From NCBI GenBank assembly GCA_951406725.2, contig OX597827.1, forward strand, positions 41,230,001 through 41,294,000: 64,000 nt of DNA, given 5' to 3'. Under the pieces are notes generated by a model. That model was not told the DNA's origin. It saw nothing but the letters and a program-made list of their open reading frames with translations, and did no database searches. Source of the DNA: Octopus vulgaris (Eukaryota). Position numbers and translations under genes: made by a program. This document shows positions 1-14,323 of this stretch, one piece after another. Every line of letters begins with the position of its first letter. The first letter of the stretch is position 1.

Positions 1-1455
1 TGAACTTTATTTTACAATATACCTGGCACTCCACTGGTGCTATGGTATAGAGAAAAATAAGCCATCCACTGGTAAACTCGTGTTATGGGCTCAAAGAGCT
101 AAGGACTAGCCAGTGATTTCATGCAAGTTGTATACCTATGAAATAAAGATTCATTAAAATTAGATTCTTTATTTTCTTAGCACAGTACACCCACACAGAT
201 TTTTATGCACTTGTAATTTGCTCCTGATGCTGAAAAGTTTTCTTTAGTACCGTTTAATACGGTTTCTTGACTTGTTAGAAATAGCAGCCAAATTTTTCTT
301 GAATCACACCCAGTTGCTTTAAAACGAAGCAGCACACATTCACATGCCCATCATAGGTCTGGTTGATCAGAGCCAAAAACCAAGCAATAATAATAATAAT
401 AATGATGATGATGATAATTGGTGTCTGTAATGTGTTTATAATTATCTGCCCCAGTTCATGAGAATAGTTTTGAAGTTTGTAAGTCTGGAATCTGCCTCAG
501 AAGTTGTCCTCTTACTCTGTTACGGTTAATTAATTGCTTGGAATTTATTTTCAGATATATTAATATAATGATCATTGATTCTGTGAGTTGGAGCCAGTAT
601 GCATAGAGAGATGTGTAAGTGTGTATGTTTGTGTATGAGGATATACACATGCATACACAAACGTTTCTATGATGACACGCCCACACACATAATGTATGTA
701 TGTGAAATCTGGCATGTAACTTATACACATTCATGTGTGTATATATACTAGCTACCTTATCTACCGTATTTATGGTGGTGATAAGTTTCAGCATCTCTTT
801 TCTATACTAGGATTAGATTTACTGGACCTGATACATAATGTCTCCATGTCTCAATTTTCTATCCCTACTCTTGTTACATGCTTGCACCTCTACATTAATC
901 CATTTACAGCCTCTTCGCTAGCGAATGTCCATTTATTTTCCAGTTCTAAACTAGTTGCAGTTGTCTTTCCTGAATGGATTGGCTGATGCCTTTGACAACT
1001 CCTTCTTTAATCACTTTGCCTGCGGCTGTCAGATGGGATGGTTGACATATTTATAATGTCTTCGCATTTAGAGGATGTAAAATAATAAAAAAAAAAAGAG
1101 AGAGAGAGAGAGATGGCATATTTTATTCTGCAAAACTTAATTGTAGTTAAATGAAGCTTTAGAAGAAATTAATAAAGAGGCAGTCAAGTATATAGTATGT
1201 GGTAATTCAAAGACTTAAGTATTAATACTAACACTAACGTCTGTCTGCCTGAATAACAATTTATTAGCAGGATCCATCAATGTTCCATACTTTTGAAATT
1301 TTTATTTCTATTTTGATGCATAAATTTATAGAGCTTCATTAAAAGATTTTAATTATGTCTTCAAAGTTCTTCCATAGTTAAGGTTAGTTAATGTATAACA
1401 CTAAAACACAAAATCACTGGTGACAAACAGACTGATAATGGATGTTTGTCAATCG

Positions 1456-1501
<46 letters not shown>

Positions 1502-2645
1502 ATGGGAAAGGGAGGAAGAGAATAGCAAGGTTGATCATAATAACATTTGAAACTGTTTGGTAGGGTCTCACATATATAGTACAATGAGTTGAAAAACTGT
1601 GATTAACTGAGATTATTCATTCTGTCAGTAGACAAAATCTCCTAGGAGTGTTTGGGATCTGAAACCAATAAGCAAGGGAGATAACTCCAATATAACCAAC
1701 TTCTTGAAATTTTTAGAAAAGTTGCAGATAGGAGTGTGTCTATGAAAGTATGTAGTCTTGTTCCAACCTAACCATACCCCTCCACCCACCACCGGCCTTG
1801 TTTACAGAAGCCATGCGAGATACCCTGTGTAAACTTTGTGGAAGTATAAATAGCTGTGATGATAATGATGGCAGCTTGATTAATTAAATTTTCTTTCTTT
1901 TAAGTTGTTGGTGTGAAATTCTTGCTAGCACCACCATTACTATTGCCAACACCAATCAAGACTGCTATTTTAAAGTTTTACCATCAACATATTCTACCAA
2001 GACTAAAGTTATATTTCCTTCACTACCTCTCTCTCTCTCTCTCTATCATCTCCGTTACTATTAGCTACTACATCCTCAGCAGCCATCGCCACTCCCAACA
2101 CTATCATCTCTAATGCCATTAATCATCACATTCTCAAGCACTCCAACCAACACTGCTAGTATCAACCCCCTCACCTTCATATAACGTCCCCAGTTATCAC
2201 AACCATCGCTAATTGCCTCTACTAAAGCCACTAACCAACCATTATCATCATCATTACTATGTCTGTAGCCTCTGCTGCAGCCATCCTCATCACCACTATA
2301 TGTCTGTTTCTCTGCTGCCAGCGTTCCCACCCTCGTTCTCTCCTATCTCCTCTCTTTTCGCTGCATTTGAGTATTTATTTAGCTGCTGGCAACACTGCTG
2401 TTCACTGAAGTTTCATCAGAACTTCATCGTTTGAGCGCAGACCCCCACACGCACACACGTACACATGCACGCACATGCGTACGCTGAAATCTACATTCTC
2501 TCACGTGTACACACAACACACTTGTGTTGCACGTGTGTGCACACACATGTTATCACATGCACATAGTCATGAAGATAGTTGCATTCACCTACAAATACTC
2601 TCACATGCATAGACACATTTATACACACATTCAAGCATGCATATG

Positions 2646-2729
<84 letters not shown>

Positions 2730-3544
2730 TGCACATACACACATTCTCTCATGTACTCATATATACACTTCTGTATGCATTCAAAATGTTATTCATAATC
2801 ATGTGCACACTCATGGTAACTTTGACATATAAACAAACATTATTTTTATTATTATTACTGTTATCATCATCATTATTATTATTGTTGTTGTTATTATAAA
2901 CCTATATTTAGGAAGACGGGTCAATTTTAAAATTGTCTTACAGTATTTACACTGGTCTATCTTTTTATTCTTTTACTGGTTTTAGTCATTTGACAGTAGC
3001 CATACTGTGGCACCAATTTCAATTTCTTTTTTTTTTTCTTTAGACAATTGCATTATGCCCTAGTAACCCAGTTTGGTATTCATTTTATCAGATCTCTTAA
3101 GTTCACCTTTGTATTGAGTTTTGTTACTTTTCAGATGCAATTGTCACAAGGTAACATTAGCATGCTCGCATACATCCACACCTACTACCTCTGTGTATGT
3201 GTATATATACATGTATAAATACACACACAAACAAACATATAGATACAAACACACACACATATAGAGAGAGAGAGAGAGACACACACACGAGAGGTTTGCA
3301 AGTTGTTTTATAATGCAAAAATAAGAGTACCCAGTATGATGTATGAAGTGATTATAATTGATATATTGTTACCTGTCCATGACAGTGAGTCCCATGTTAA
3401 ACAGAGCATTGTTTAAATAGACGAGTTCATCTCTAGAGAAATCTTTCACTTGTATCATATCCACTTAAACAATGGTCTATTTACCACAAAACCTAGTCAT
3501 AGAAAACTAATAATGTCTGCTGTGTATGGATATGTATGTGCTGT

Positions 3545-3587
<43 letters not shown>

Positions 3588-3599
3588 CAGACACACATT

Positions 3600-3830
3600 A
3601 TCATCATTATCAAAATGTCCACTTCTTCAAGCCTGCATGGATTTGGATGGGTTTTTTGAGGTAGCTTTTCTATGGCTAAATGCCCTTTTCTGTTGCTAAC
3701 CATTACTTATTTCCAAGCAAGGTAATAGTTTCCCATGGTCAGACATGTTCTCACAGTATATTTGGAGAGGAATGACACTGCTTATATGATAGTGACAATC
3801 ATTTATAAACCATAGGGCAATGTCAAGACA
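3600..3830 (-). mobile_element. Degraded RTE-type-tailed SINE 3' fragment
   Basis: (CAT)n end and 'ttttctatggctaaatgccctt' resemble the reverse complement of the tails at 27050-27175 and 53690-53790. Confidence 0.5.
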
Positions 3831-3884
3831 AGGACACACGCGCACAACTACCACCACCACCAACAACAAGCTTCTTTCAGTTTC

Positions 3885-4310
3885 TTATTTCTTTATTGCC
3901 CGCAAGAGGCTAAACATAGAGCGGACAAACAAGGACTGACAAAAGAATTAAGTCAATTACATTGACCCCGGTGCATAACTGGTACTTAATTTATCGACCT
4001 TGAAAGGATGATAGGCAAAGTCGACCTCAGCAGAATTTGAACACAGAATGTAACGGCAGACGAAATACCTATTTCTTTACTACCCACAAGGGGCTAAACA
4101 CAGAGGGGACAAACAAGGACAGACAAACAGAATAAGTCGATTACATCGACCCCAGTGCGTAACTAGTCCTTTATTTATCGACCCCAAAAGGATGAAAGGC
4201 AAAGTCGACCTCAGCGGAATTTGAACACAGAACATAACGGCAGACAAAGTACCGCTAAGCATTTCGCCTGGCACCTGACATACTAACGTTTCTGCCAGCT
4301 CGTTGCCTTC
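3885..4310 (-). mobile_element. Meta/MESC-core tRNA-derived SINE, one full copy plus a tandem 3' copy
   Basis: Contains 'gaccccaaaaggatgaaaggcaaagtcgacctc' (reverse complement of the GCCTTTCATCC...GGGGTCGATAAA core) and a tRNA-like head. The 3' part occurs twice (3885-4070 and 4071-4310). Confidence 0.85.
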
Positions 4311-4335
4311 AAATCCACTCCAAAGGAAACAGTTG

Positions 4336-4436
4336 CATCATTGAAATATTGAAGCTATATGGTAATGCACGGCTGATTCAAAGCAATGGGAATAAATAGG
4401 CATTACATATGACAGAGTAATCTGAATGCTAAAGGG
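4336..4436 (-). mobile_element. piggyBac-like MITE fragment
   Basis: Ends 'aatgctaaaggg' followed by TTAA; homologous to the copy at 47118-47338. Confidence 0.6.
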
Positions 4437-6639
4437 TTAAATCTACCCCACTGCTTGTCTGGTACTTATTACAAACTCAAAAGCATGGAAGTAAAGACTA
4501 ACCTAGATGGGATTTGAACTTAGAACATCAGTAGGTGTAACTGAATACTAATTCTGTCTACCACATTTTCAAATTAAATGCAAACATGTTCACACATCCA
4601 TGAATAGTAGAGAATAATGTTTAAGTATGTAACTTCTCTGATAAAGAAACTTGATTCTGGTTAGACATATCTAAATACAGCAGTAAAACTTCCCAGATGC
4701 TAGACACATAAACAGTTCATATTTAGTTGACTTAATTCTTTTGGCTATAGGTACAAAACCTGAGATTTTGGATGAGGGGCTAGTTGATTTCATTTATCCC
4801 CTGTTTTCAACTGGTACTTATTTTGGTGGCCCCAAAAGGATGAAAGGCAAAGTCAACCTTGGCAGAAATAGTCTGTATAATGAAATTATAGTGATAATTT
4901 TCTTCTGAAGATGTAACTGGAATGCTGACAATAATCTATGAAGTTCTTAGTATTAACTGCAAGATATGGATCAATGATCCATACCATATTAAAATGATTG
5001 TTCTCAATGATACATCAGTGGAAGTTAGATATTGCTCAATAACTTCCCTTCCAACTCCTCTTTGGCCTGTGTGTTTAATCATTAGGTAAGTCGGTGCTAA
5101 TATAGCTTATTAATACTCCACATATAATATAACTAGTATTAAATATGTAGCTTTTATCATACTTGTTGAAGTGGTGATGATTGAATCATGGTGATGTAAG
5201 GGAACACAGAAATGTACATTTATTGTAGTGAGAAAATATAATTGTTTAGATATTAAATAATTCAGGCATCAGCTGCACAAGGATGATTATGCATGTTAGT
5301 GTTAACATATTTAATGCGTGAAACATTTAGAAGTTAATAAGAAATAAATACACAGCGACTATCATTAACAAAATCAGCAAGCCTGCTGTACATTGTTACA
5401 GAAGTCTGAGATGAAAGCTAAACTGATTAATTAATTATATTACGTTTTGTATACGTAGCATTGCTGGCAAATCTAAAAATCATACCCTAAAATTGCATTA
5501 TTTACATAAAAGAATGTAGTCTTTAGCTGGTAAAATCATAGTTTAAATTGTTGCTGTAAGCTCATAACTGTTTTATCACCATCCTTGTTCTTGACAGCCA
5601 TGTCCCTTTGCAAGACAGCCCCTTGTTCAGTAGCTAAATGGATGGTATTTAGATTCTCATGTCCTTTCACTCTCATGAATAAAGCAGCCATGTTGCTTTG
5701 CTTGGCTTTATATTCAAAGGAAAAACTGATTTAAAGATTATTGATAGAATAAGTTTAAATGAAGACAGTTTTTATGGATGGGAGTACTGGAGATGATAAC
5801 AAGCAATATATATAAATATGTGTATGAGTCGGTGTGTGCATATATATAATTACATATTCATACATATGCACACACCAACTTATACACACTTATATTTAGA
5901 GGCAAGTTTGTTTTACATTACAAATCATTTCAGTTTCAGCATGGTTTTGGATGGTATACCCACAAAACATGACTACATACTTGTAACTTCTCAAAAAAAT
6001 CTTTTGATATACTCCTGAATAAAAGCTGTCATAGTGTAGAAGGGAATTTTTTAGTTCTCGTTGCATGGGACTTCTCTTGTACGAGTGGCATGAAAGAGGC
6101 ATACAGTGCATCCGGTAAATAAGTGTATAATTGTCTGTGATGAAAAGGTCTGACAGTCATAGGAAACATTTTAAGATGGAATGTTCAAACCACATCACAG
6201 GCTGTCTGGGGAAGACAATAGCATTGAATGTACTTGGTACACTTTGGAAAATGGTTGGTGATGAGAACAGCATTCAGCCATAGAAAATGTGCCCTCCCCC
6301 CCATGAAATGTAAAAACGAGACTGGGTCTTTGCTTGTATTACAACTACTTGTCTACAAAGGCAGCTACTCTAAATAAGAACTGATGCAGGACAGAGGGGA
6401 CCTTATAGTCCTTCTCAATTGGTACAACCGATCTAGTGCTGGTTTCATGATAAAATGCACCCAATCATTATACCGTAAAGCATATGCAATGCCACAGTTG
6501 GTCGATTTTTCTCTGATGTGTGCTATGATTGACCTACTCACAAGAGTCATGGAAAAGCAGATGTCAAATCTCACATGCACCCACAAATTCTAACAGGCTA
6601 TCTTAAAAATAATATATTTAGCACTGACACTGTTGATCT

Positions 6640-7470
6640 ACTTTTTTTAAGACAGTAGGTTGAGTGATTTTGGACGAAATTTAGCTGGTTATTTCTAGCT
6701 TGAGTGAACCTGTGTGATTTGGGGGAATTTGGCCTATTGTTTCCAGTTTGATTAGATCTTGATGTGCCACTACTCATCTTTATAAAATTATTGATAACAT
6801 GTTCTAATATACTCTTGTTTTGAAGGCAATGTTTGATTTATGTGAGCTTTAGCTGTTATTTTTAGCAGGTCAGTCTATTATGTTGAAGGTTCTTTTGTTG
6901 TTATTCAGCCCCAGGTTAACCCTGATTGGTAAGACCTATGGTAAAAGGCATTCAGACCATGATCATCCTTCTTTTCGTATATAAAGAACTACACTGTAGA
7001 ATGTGTCCCTTTGTTTTAAGACAGTAGAAATTGCAATTTGGAACCAATTTGATTGCTATGTCTAGCAGATCAGTTGCCCTATCATTGGTTGCTGCATAGA
7101 CTCTGATTGAGTAGGCTTATGATAAAAAGCATCCCGGCCTTGGCCATCACATCCTTCTTATATATGTAGTGTTAGATTAAATCTTTGTGATTGGTAGAAT
7201 ACCTTCTGTTATATCAGAGACTTCATTGTCCAGTGGCGTTTTCCTTTTTTAAGACCATAGTGTGTGATGTGAGAGAGAAATTTGGCTGCTATGTCTAACA
7301 GTTTCAACCACCACACAGTCTGTTGTTGTTTATTCTCAGATTATTTCAATTGACCAGATTTGTGATAAAAAGACTGTATATCAGGATAACATCATCCTGT
7401 AAATTCTTGCTTTTTTTTTTTGAAGGCTGTAGTGTGAAAGTTAGCTGCTATTTCTAGCATTTTAAGTGAC
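6640..7470 (+). repeat. Degenerate tandem array of an unclassified dispersed repeat
   Basis: About six recurrences of 'ttttaagacagtag...atttggctgctatttctagc'-like units. The same motif appears near 280 (minus strand), 10690, 12900, 21745, 24005, 24470, 53870 and 54420. Confidence 0.7.
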
Positions 7471-7592
7471 TGCTCAGTTCACACACACATGCACAAGGAA
7501 TAAATACATATTGGAGAGACAGTGAGACATTCAAATTATACTTCTCAGTCTTGTAATCTAATGAAACGTTGCTACTGTGTGTGTGTGTAATC

Positions 7593-7888
7593 TTTTATCC
7601 TTTTATTCGTTTCAGTCATTAGACTGGCCATGCTGGTGCACTGCTTTGAAGGGTTTTAGTTGAGCAACTCAGCCCCTGTAGTTTTGGGGGAGTGGGGAGG
7701 GAGACTGGTACTTATTATCACGAGTAGCTTTTTATTGAACTGCTAATTTCTGGGTACGGAGACAAACACAAAGACACACACACACACACACAGATATATG
7801 TATATACACATATGAGAGGCTTTTTTCAGTTTCCACCTACCAAATCCACTTGCAAGACTTTGGTCAGCCCTGGGGATAAGCAGAAGAC
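7593..7888 (-). mobile_element. CORE-type SINE (Octopus OR-like), 3' part; head remnant resumes about 8420-8500
   Basis: 'tttcagtcattagactggccatgctgg' and 'cctaccaaatccact' match the reverse complement of the copy at 15490-15900. Confidence 0.8.
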
Positions 7889-7889
7889 G

Positions 7890-7943
<54 letters not shown>

Positions 7944-7949
<6 letters not shown>

Positions 7950-8345
7950 CAAAATACAAAATGGGACAAGAATGCAAAACATCCGGACAACTAGGTGATA
8001 CAAAAAGGGACAACAAAACATCCAGATAGACGCTACAAAAAAAAAAAAAAAAAAAAAGGACGGGTCATTTGAAGCTTTCTATCCTCAGTCAAGAACCAGA
8101 TCATCCTCGCAATTTTAGCTGATTAATCTTGAGATTGCTCCAATCTGGCCATATATATATATATATATATATATTACGTTTATGAATCTGTGTTGCAAGA
8201 TATCTGATGTGAAACAGATATTCTTGTATTTTGGGATGATTTTTTTTTTGCCAAATAAACACTTGCTCTATATATTCGTTCTTCACTTCCATTGACCGAA
8301 AGTCTTTTGTCACACACCTGTGACCTCTTCAGTGACACTTTCCGT
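7944..8345 (-). mobile_element. Short Penelope-like insert(s) associated with (TA)n tracts
   Basis: Interrupts a SINE, is bounded or split by (TA)n, and carries a hammerhead-like motif at 8293-8337. The Penelope assignment is inferred. Confidence 0.5.
8293..8337 (-). ncRNA. Degenerate minimal hammerhead-like motif
   Basis: UGUCA-CUGAAGA-G-GUCACA-GGUG-UGUGAC-AAAA-GACUUUC-GGUCA. The CUGANGA box and 6-bp stem II are intact; GAAA is changed to AAAA and stem I is poor. Confidence 0.5.
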
Positions 8346-10276
8346 CCTCTTGTGTGCTCTGGTTTCTTAAATATTACTCATAGCGTAAGTCAATGGTCGA
8401 CTCAAAAAACATCTGCAGATCTGCACCAAATTCCATGCAGTGAGATCATACTTGGAACCACATGGTTGCAGAACCAACTTCTTCACTGACCACTCAACTG
8501 TACCCGTGTTATGAGTTCAAACCTTTCCCCATATCAACTTTACCCTTATCAAAAATGGGGACAGGGTATGTTATTAGATCATCAACAGTAACATTCTAGA
8601 TTCAGTTCAGCCTGCTATGCCATACTCCATTATAGAAAATTTGCTTCCTGTCTCTTGTCTAGTTAATAGAAAATTACCATTAACTCGACTTACGTAACAG
8701 ATTACATTGTTTTGAAATTTAGTTTTTGATAGATTTAGCCTATCTCCTCCCTACCACTACTCTGTGAAATTTGATGTAGTAAGGCACATGAATACATCAG
8801 AGTAAGAATAAACTACATATTTATTACAGATTTGTGATTTTATGTGAATTTTTATGGGTTTTTTTTTTTACTTTACTACTTTTATTACCCCCACCCCACC
8901 AGCTTGAAATTTCAAATTTCAGCTGTCTTTAGTAATATTAATTGGAAGATGGTAGCAGACTTGAATTTTAAAAAAAAAAATCTTCAGAAGTGAAATTAAT
9001 GTTCAATTAAAAAAAAAATAAGGAAAAAATAATTTTTTTCCCTTTTAAAAAGATTAAAAAAAAAAAAAAAATCATATTTGAGTTGAGATTTCTTTCTCTA
9101 TCAGGCAATTGTTCTTTCTTGATGTTGGGTTTATGAAAACACTTCCGGGTTTTATGAAATTGGAATTTCCAGTTGAAAAAGGAGCTGTAGGTGGGTGGTT
9201 TTCTGATAAAGGGAGGAACGACAGATGCCAGTCATAATTCTCATTCCATCCTTGCTATTTACAAATGGCTATGTCTATATGTGTTTCTCTTCTACTAACA
9301 AACTTTTCTTGCCTTTTGCAGAAAAGGCAGAAGGATTCGGTGTACACCCAGTCCACATCAATTAGTCATTTTAAAATAACAAGGACAACAAATTACTAAT
9401 CGGCGGAAGTCCTTATTATCTTCATGAAAGAAAACGCATAATATATTTAGTTAATAGGCCCAAATTTAAGAGAATACAAAATTACATATCAAATAAACAA
9501 CAACTCTGTTAGTTTCAATGATGAATATTCCAGAAAGAAGATCTATCATCTGAATTATCTACAGACTGAATTATAGTATAAGTGGCTAAATATTATTCCA
9601 CAGACACTTACACCCTTTAACATAATCATCAGGCAGAATTAGAATGTCCATAATCTCCATCTGCCCAGTTTCACTCATATGGGGTCAACATGAGGTTATA
9701 TGGTTAAAAAAAAAACAAAAAAACTTGGCCATCATGATCTGCATTAGGATTGAACTTGAGACCTCATGATTATGAAATCATCTTCTTAATCATTCGGCTA
9801 TGTCATTGACAGTTTCATTTCTTTGCAGATATTTTATAACTCACTAAGAGGACATAGCTTTTGCTTGCCTCATGACAAAGCTATTATATAATGTATGTAT
9901 GTATGTATGTTGTTGTTTAGCCCCAGGTGATTCTGATTGAGCAACCATTCCAACCATGATCATCCTGTACAGTTTCAACCAGGACCAAGAGGGGTAGGTT
10001 GTTATTTGTGGGATATTTAGCAGTTCAAGTGAATGCAAAGAGGCTCCAATGTTGGCTTGTATATTAGTGTATATTTTTTTTTATGGTGGAATGGCCACAG
10101 CATGAACTCATATCTTCTCTAGTTTAGAAATTTGCCTCTGTACAGCAGGGGGTGGGTCTTTATGAGATACAACTATTTATTAGTGCAGCATATTGACTTT
10201 GTTCTGCTGTTGTATCTCCTGAAAGCAAGATGGTTGACTGGGTACAGTTTTGGACCACGTGTTGTTGTGTTGTTAT

Positions 10277-10535
10277 CTTTTATCTTTTACTTGTTTCACT
10301 CATTAGACTGTGGCCATGCTGGGTCACTGCCTTGAATTTTTTGTTGACTCCAGTACATTTTTTTTAAAGCCTGGTACTTTTCCTATTGATCTCTTTTGCC
10401 AAACCAAGTTATGGAAATGTAAACACCAACACTGGTTTATCCCCACCACCATCACCATCATGATGGTGGTGGGGATAAACACACATACACACACATGATG
10501 GGCTTCTTTCAGTTTCTGCCTACCAAATCCACTCT
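10277..10535 (-). mobile_element. CORE-type SINE, 3' part
   Basis: Homologous to the reverse complement of 15490-15900. Confidence 0.8.
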
Positions 10536-13500
10536 CTCTTTAAGCTGGTGGTTGGTTCTTGTTTAGCATGGTCAAGCTGACCTGTAATCAAAGACATTTT
10601 GACTATTACAAACCCATCTTTTCAGACATATTATCTCAGACTACATCATCCAATAATTCCTTCTCTGTTTTGAGAGCAGCTGCATAATTTGAGAGAGATG
10701 GCTGTTATTTCTAGCAGGTTGGATGACCTCGTAGAAGTCCCCCTTTGTTAGTTTGTGATGGCTGTTGGTTGGATGAGTGCTACATGTTGGTATAAAAATC
10801 ATCATGCCCCTACAGGATATCCCCTACCATGTGACCCTTTTGTCTGGTTTTGAAGGTGCCCCATCACTAGAAACATCTTCCCTTCTATTCAAAGAAGAAA
10901 AATTGAATGAAAGAAAGAGAAAAGTATAAGATACCAAAAAAATAGTGATTAGCACATCTTGTCTATCTAGTGTATCAGAATATAAAGGCTGCAGCTACCT
11001 TTTAGAAAATTTACTTTTGGTTAGAAGGGGGAAAATGGAAAGAAATCTTGGCATATACAGTAGAAATTGCATCAGTAGTAACTAGAGTACTAACAGCTAA
11101 ATAACAGCCAATGATGGTGATATTGATGATGATGATAGCAATATAGTTTTATTTTATCAAAAGAAAAAGCTTCTGAATAAAATAAAAAAAAAAAAAAAAA
11201 GAGTATTTATTATTATTATTATTATTACTAGCGCTATTAATAGTAGTAGTAATTTGGTAGAACCAATAACAGCATGGACTACATTTATTTCTGTATTTAA
11301 TAGTTTTTCTACTTTGAAATTCAAATGGTACTGGGGTTAACTTTGCTTTTCATCCCACTGGGTGTTGATAAAATGAAAACTAGTAATATGTCAATTCAAT
11401 TGACTATATATCTCCTCCATTGCCAAAAAAAATCAATATATGCCACAGGCAAAAAAATAAAATAAAATATAAAATAAAAAAAGAAAGAAAGAAAAAGAAA
11501 AATGTCTGAAAATACTGAACTGACTGAAATGATTGCAAGCATGGCATTCGAAATACTTTATAGTATTAAAGTTATCTTTCTCTTGATTGCTAGTTCAAAA
11601 CCTGCTGAAGTTTGGCTTTGCTTTTCATCTAGATGTAAAACAATAATTATCTTTGAGAAACTGGGGGCTCATTCAGTCTTTTTTTTCTTCTTTTTTTTTA
11701 ACCCCTGGCATAATATTAACCTAGAGTTTAAGTAATCCATATTGCTCGTATTGATGTGTCACTGAAAATTTGATTTTTTTTTTTTTTTGTATTTCTATTG
11801 GAAGACACATTTCTGGCAATTACTTGCATCTGATTCGCTCTTGATTTGATCTTTGCCGTAATGGAAAGCTTTTACCATTTGGAATGTTAAAAATGAAATG
11901 GTGGATTGATAAAGTATTGGGTTTTCTTACTCCTGGAAGCCAGGTTTACAGCTGAAGGCAATCCAGAGCTACATGTTACAACCTAGGTACATGACAAAAC
12001 GTCTGTATTGGATTTGAACTCAACAGAATTTCAGACAGTGGCATTCAGATAGCCACTAACAGCTATGGCGGGCATTGCTCTTCTAACAAGAATAATACAT
12101 GACTGTCTAGATGCAGATCCCTGTTTTTCCAAAGCTAAGGGATGCCACAGTTTTGTGTGTGTATATAACATCTATGATTTTTATACCTTGTCAAATATGT
12201 CATGTAGCACCTTGTAGTTGATAATAAGGGGAAAATATTTAAAGCTGAATGAATGAATATAACCTGATGTATTATAATTAATTTCTTGTTTAATTTATCC
12301 TTTGTTAATTATTTCACTGCTACATCCAACTTAATTTATAATGAAACCAGAGATTAAAAAATTTTTTTATGTTTTTTTTTTTTTGTATTTTACTTTGTTT
12401 CCATAACGTTCCCTTCTCTTTTTAATTTATATTTTCTTAATACACGTTTCTGAAACTTGCCTTATTTGTTGTGCACATAATAATGCAGTGGTTAATTAGA
12501 TTAATTAATGCTGTTGCTAAAAATTTGTCATTAATGTCTTTAGTAAATGCATTTTTCTCTTTAAATTCTGATTTCAACTCTGCCTTCATGGTGATAAAAT
12601 ATGAAGAAGCTGTCAAAATCCAGAGTTGATTTATTTGTCTATATTCACGCCCTCACTTGTTTAAATACAAAGATACAAGAAGGAACATTAACATGTGTGC
12701 TTGTTATTGTGGCATATGTCATAGGAGTTTAGTGAAAACCCCAGTGAATGGAGTTGTTGTTTAGCCCTTGATCAGCCCAAACGAGAAGACCTATGATCGA
12801 AGAAGCATTTTATCCCTCTTCATTCTGTCCTCTCGTATCTTCGAACTACAATATTAAACGTGTCGTTTTCCTCTTTTTGAAGCACAGTGTAATTTGACGA
12901 AAATTTGGCTGCTATTTTTAGCAAGATCAACAGTTTCTTTGTTATCGTTGTCCTTTCACCCGCTTAACGCACCTGCCGCAAGCCATAAATAAACGCAGTA
13001 GTTATAGTTGTTTGTTTATGTGTTTATTTATTCTGAATGTATTTATTTTAGTATGTAACTGCTCTAGATTTCTTGATGAGTAATCCTCACACCACCGGAC
13101 ATTGTTGAGAGTGCTCTTCCCTGCGCTGACGGTGTTGTTTACGTGGACAACTCGTGGAAAAAGTTACATGCGAAGCAAGCCATTTAGAAATTTTAGGATC
13201 TGAGTAAACATAAATTCTCAAGTTTTCTTTTTTCTTTTTTTGTTCTACAAAAATACTTACTCGGCGGATCCACTAGGTTTCCACAAGGCCACACTATGCA
13301 TTTGAATAAGAAACCATTCGTAGTTGAGCATAAAAGGATTTAAGAATATTTGGGACTTTGTACATAAAAAACACACACATGACTTTGTATATAAAGGTAG
13401 TGTATATAAATATCTTGTGAGAAATTCTCTAAGTTTAAAAAAAAAAAAAAAGGAAAATGAGTGGGAGATAGAAAGAAAAAATTAGTCTGTCGTGAGTATC

Positions 13501-14207
13501 TCATACGAGAACCTATAAGATTAAGGTTATAATTTTCCGGACTACAGTTTGCTAAAATTTTTTGGTGATAAGGTGGTTTTTGTTACTACAGTTTATTTTA
13601 ATTATTTGTTTATTTTCATGCACATGTCCACCTCCCCTTTTGAAGTCATTCCTCTGTGGAGATATTTATCAGCTTTGCTGCGGAATACAACACGATGGCT
13701 ACAGCGTGGCTTGAACTGACGTCTCTCGTGAGTCACAGCCACATAGCTTCAGGCATTGTTGGCTCTACCTATTTAGCTAGCTATTGTGTCCCCGCAAACT
13801 CTTTTATGAGTGTGTTTTTATCATGATTTCTAACATTAGAAATAACCATCTCCCTCTGGAGTGGAAAGACAGGGCTGAACAACTAGAGCCAATTAACTAT
13901 TGTTACTTAGTTCACAGTGTGCGTGTGTTTTGGGAGATTTAATAAGTTTTAGCGGGGGGACTTAATAAGGTGCAGTCTTTTATGAAAGGTAAACATGTTT
14001 GTTTTGGTGGTGCCGGTAGACTGGGAGGCGGAATGTCATGATTTGTGCTGGAGATATGTGTACATGTTCCCCTTTCTTCCTCTGTTTTTCTTTCCTCAAG
14101 ACAGATACGTTCCACTCTTTATGTGCAAAATATACACTCTCTCTCACTCTGTTGTACATATTTCCTTCCCGCCTTTATCTGTCTTAATTTCACTTTAAAC
14201 ATACACG

Positions 14208-14323
<116 letters not shown>

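Noticed and set aside
8066-8095. Minus-strand 'CUGAGGA-UA-GAAA-GCUUC' as a hammerhead
   Set aside because: There is no stem II and the cleavage-site register does not fit.
13078-13190. Coding-looking segment DIVESALPCADGVVYVDNSWKK
   Set aside because: The nearest plausible acceptor puts stop codons in this frame, and no homology is recognised.
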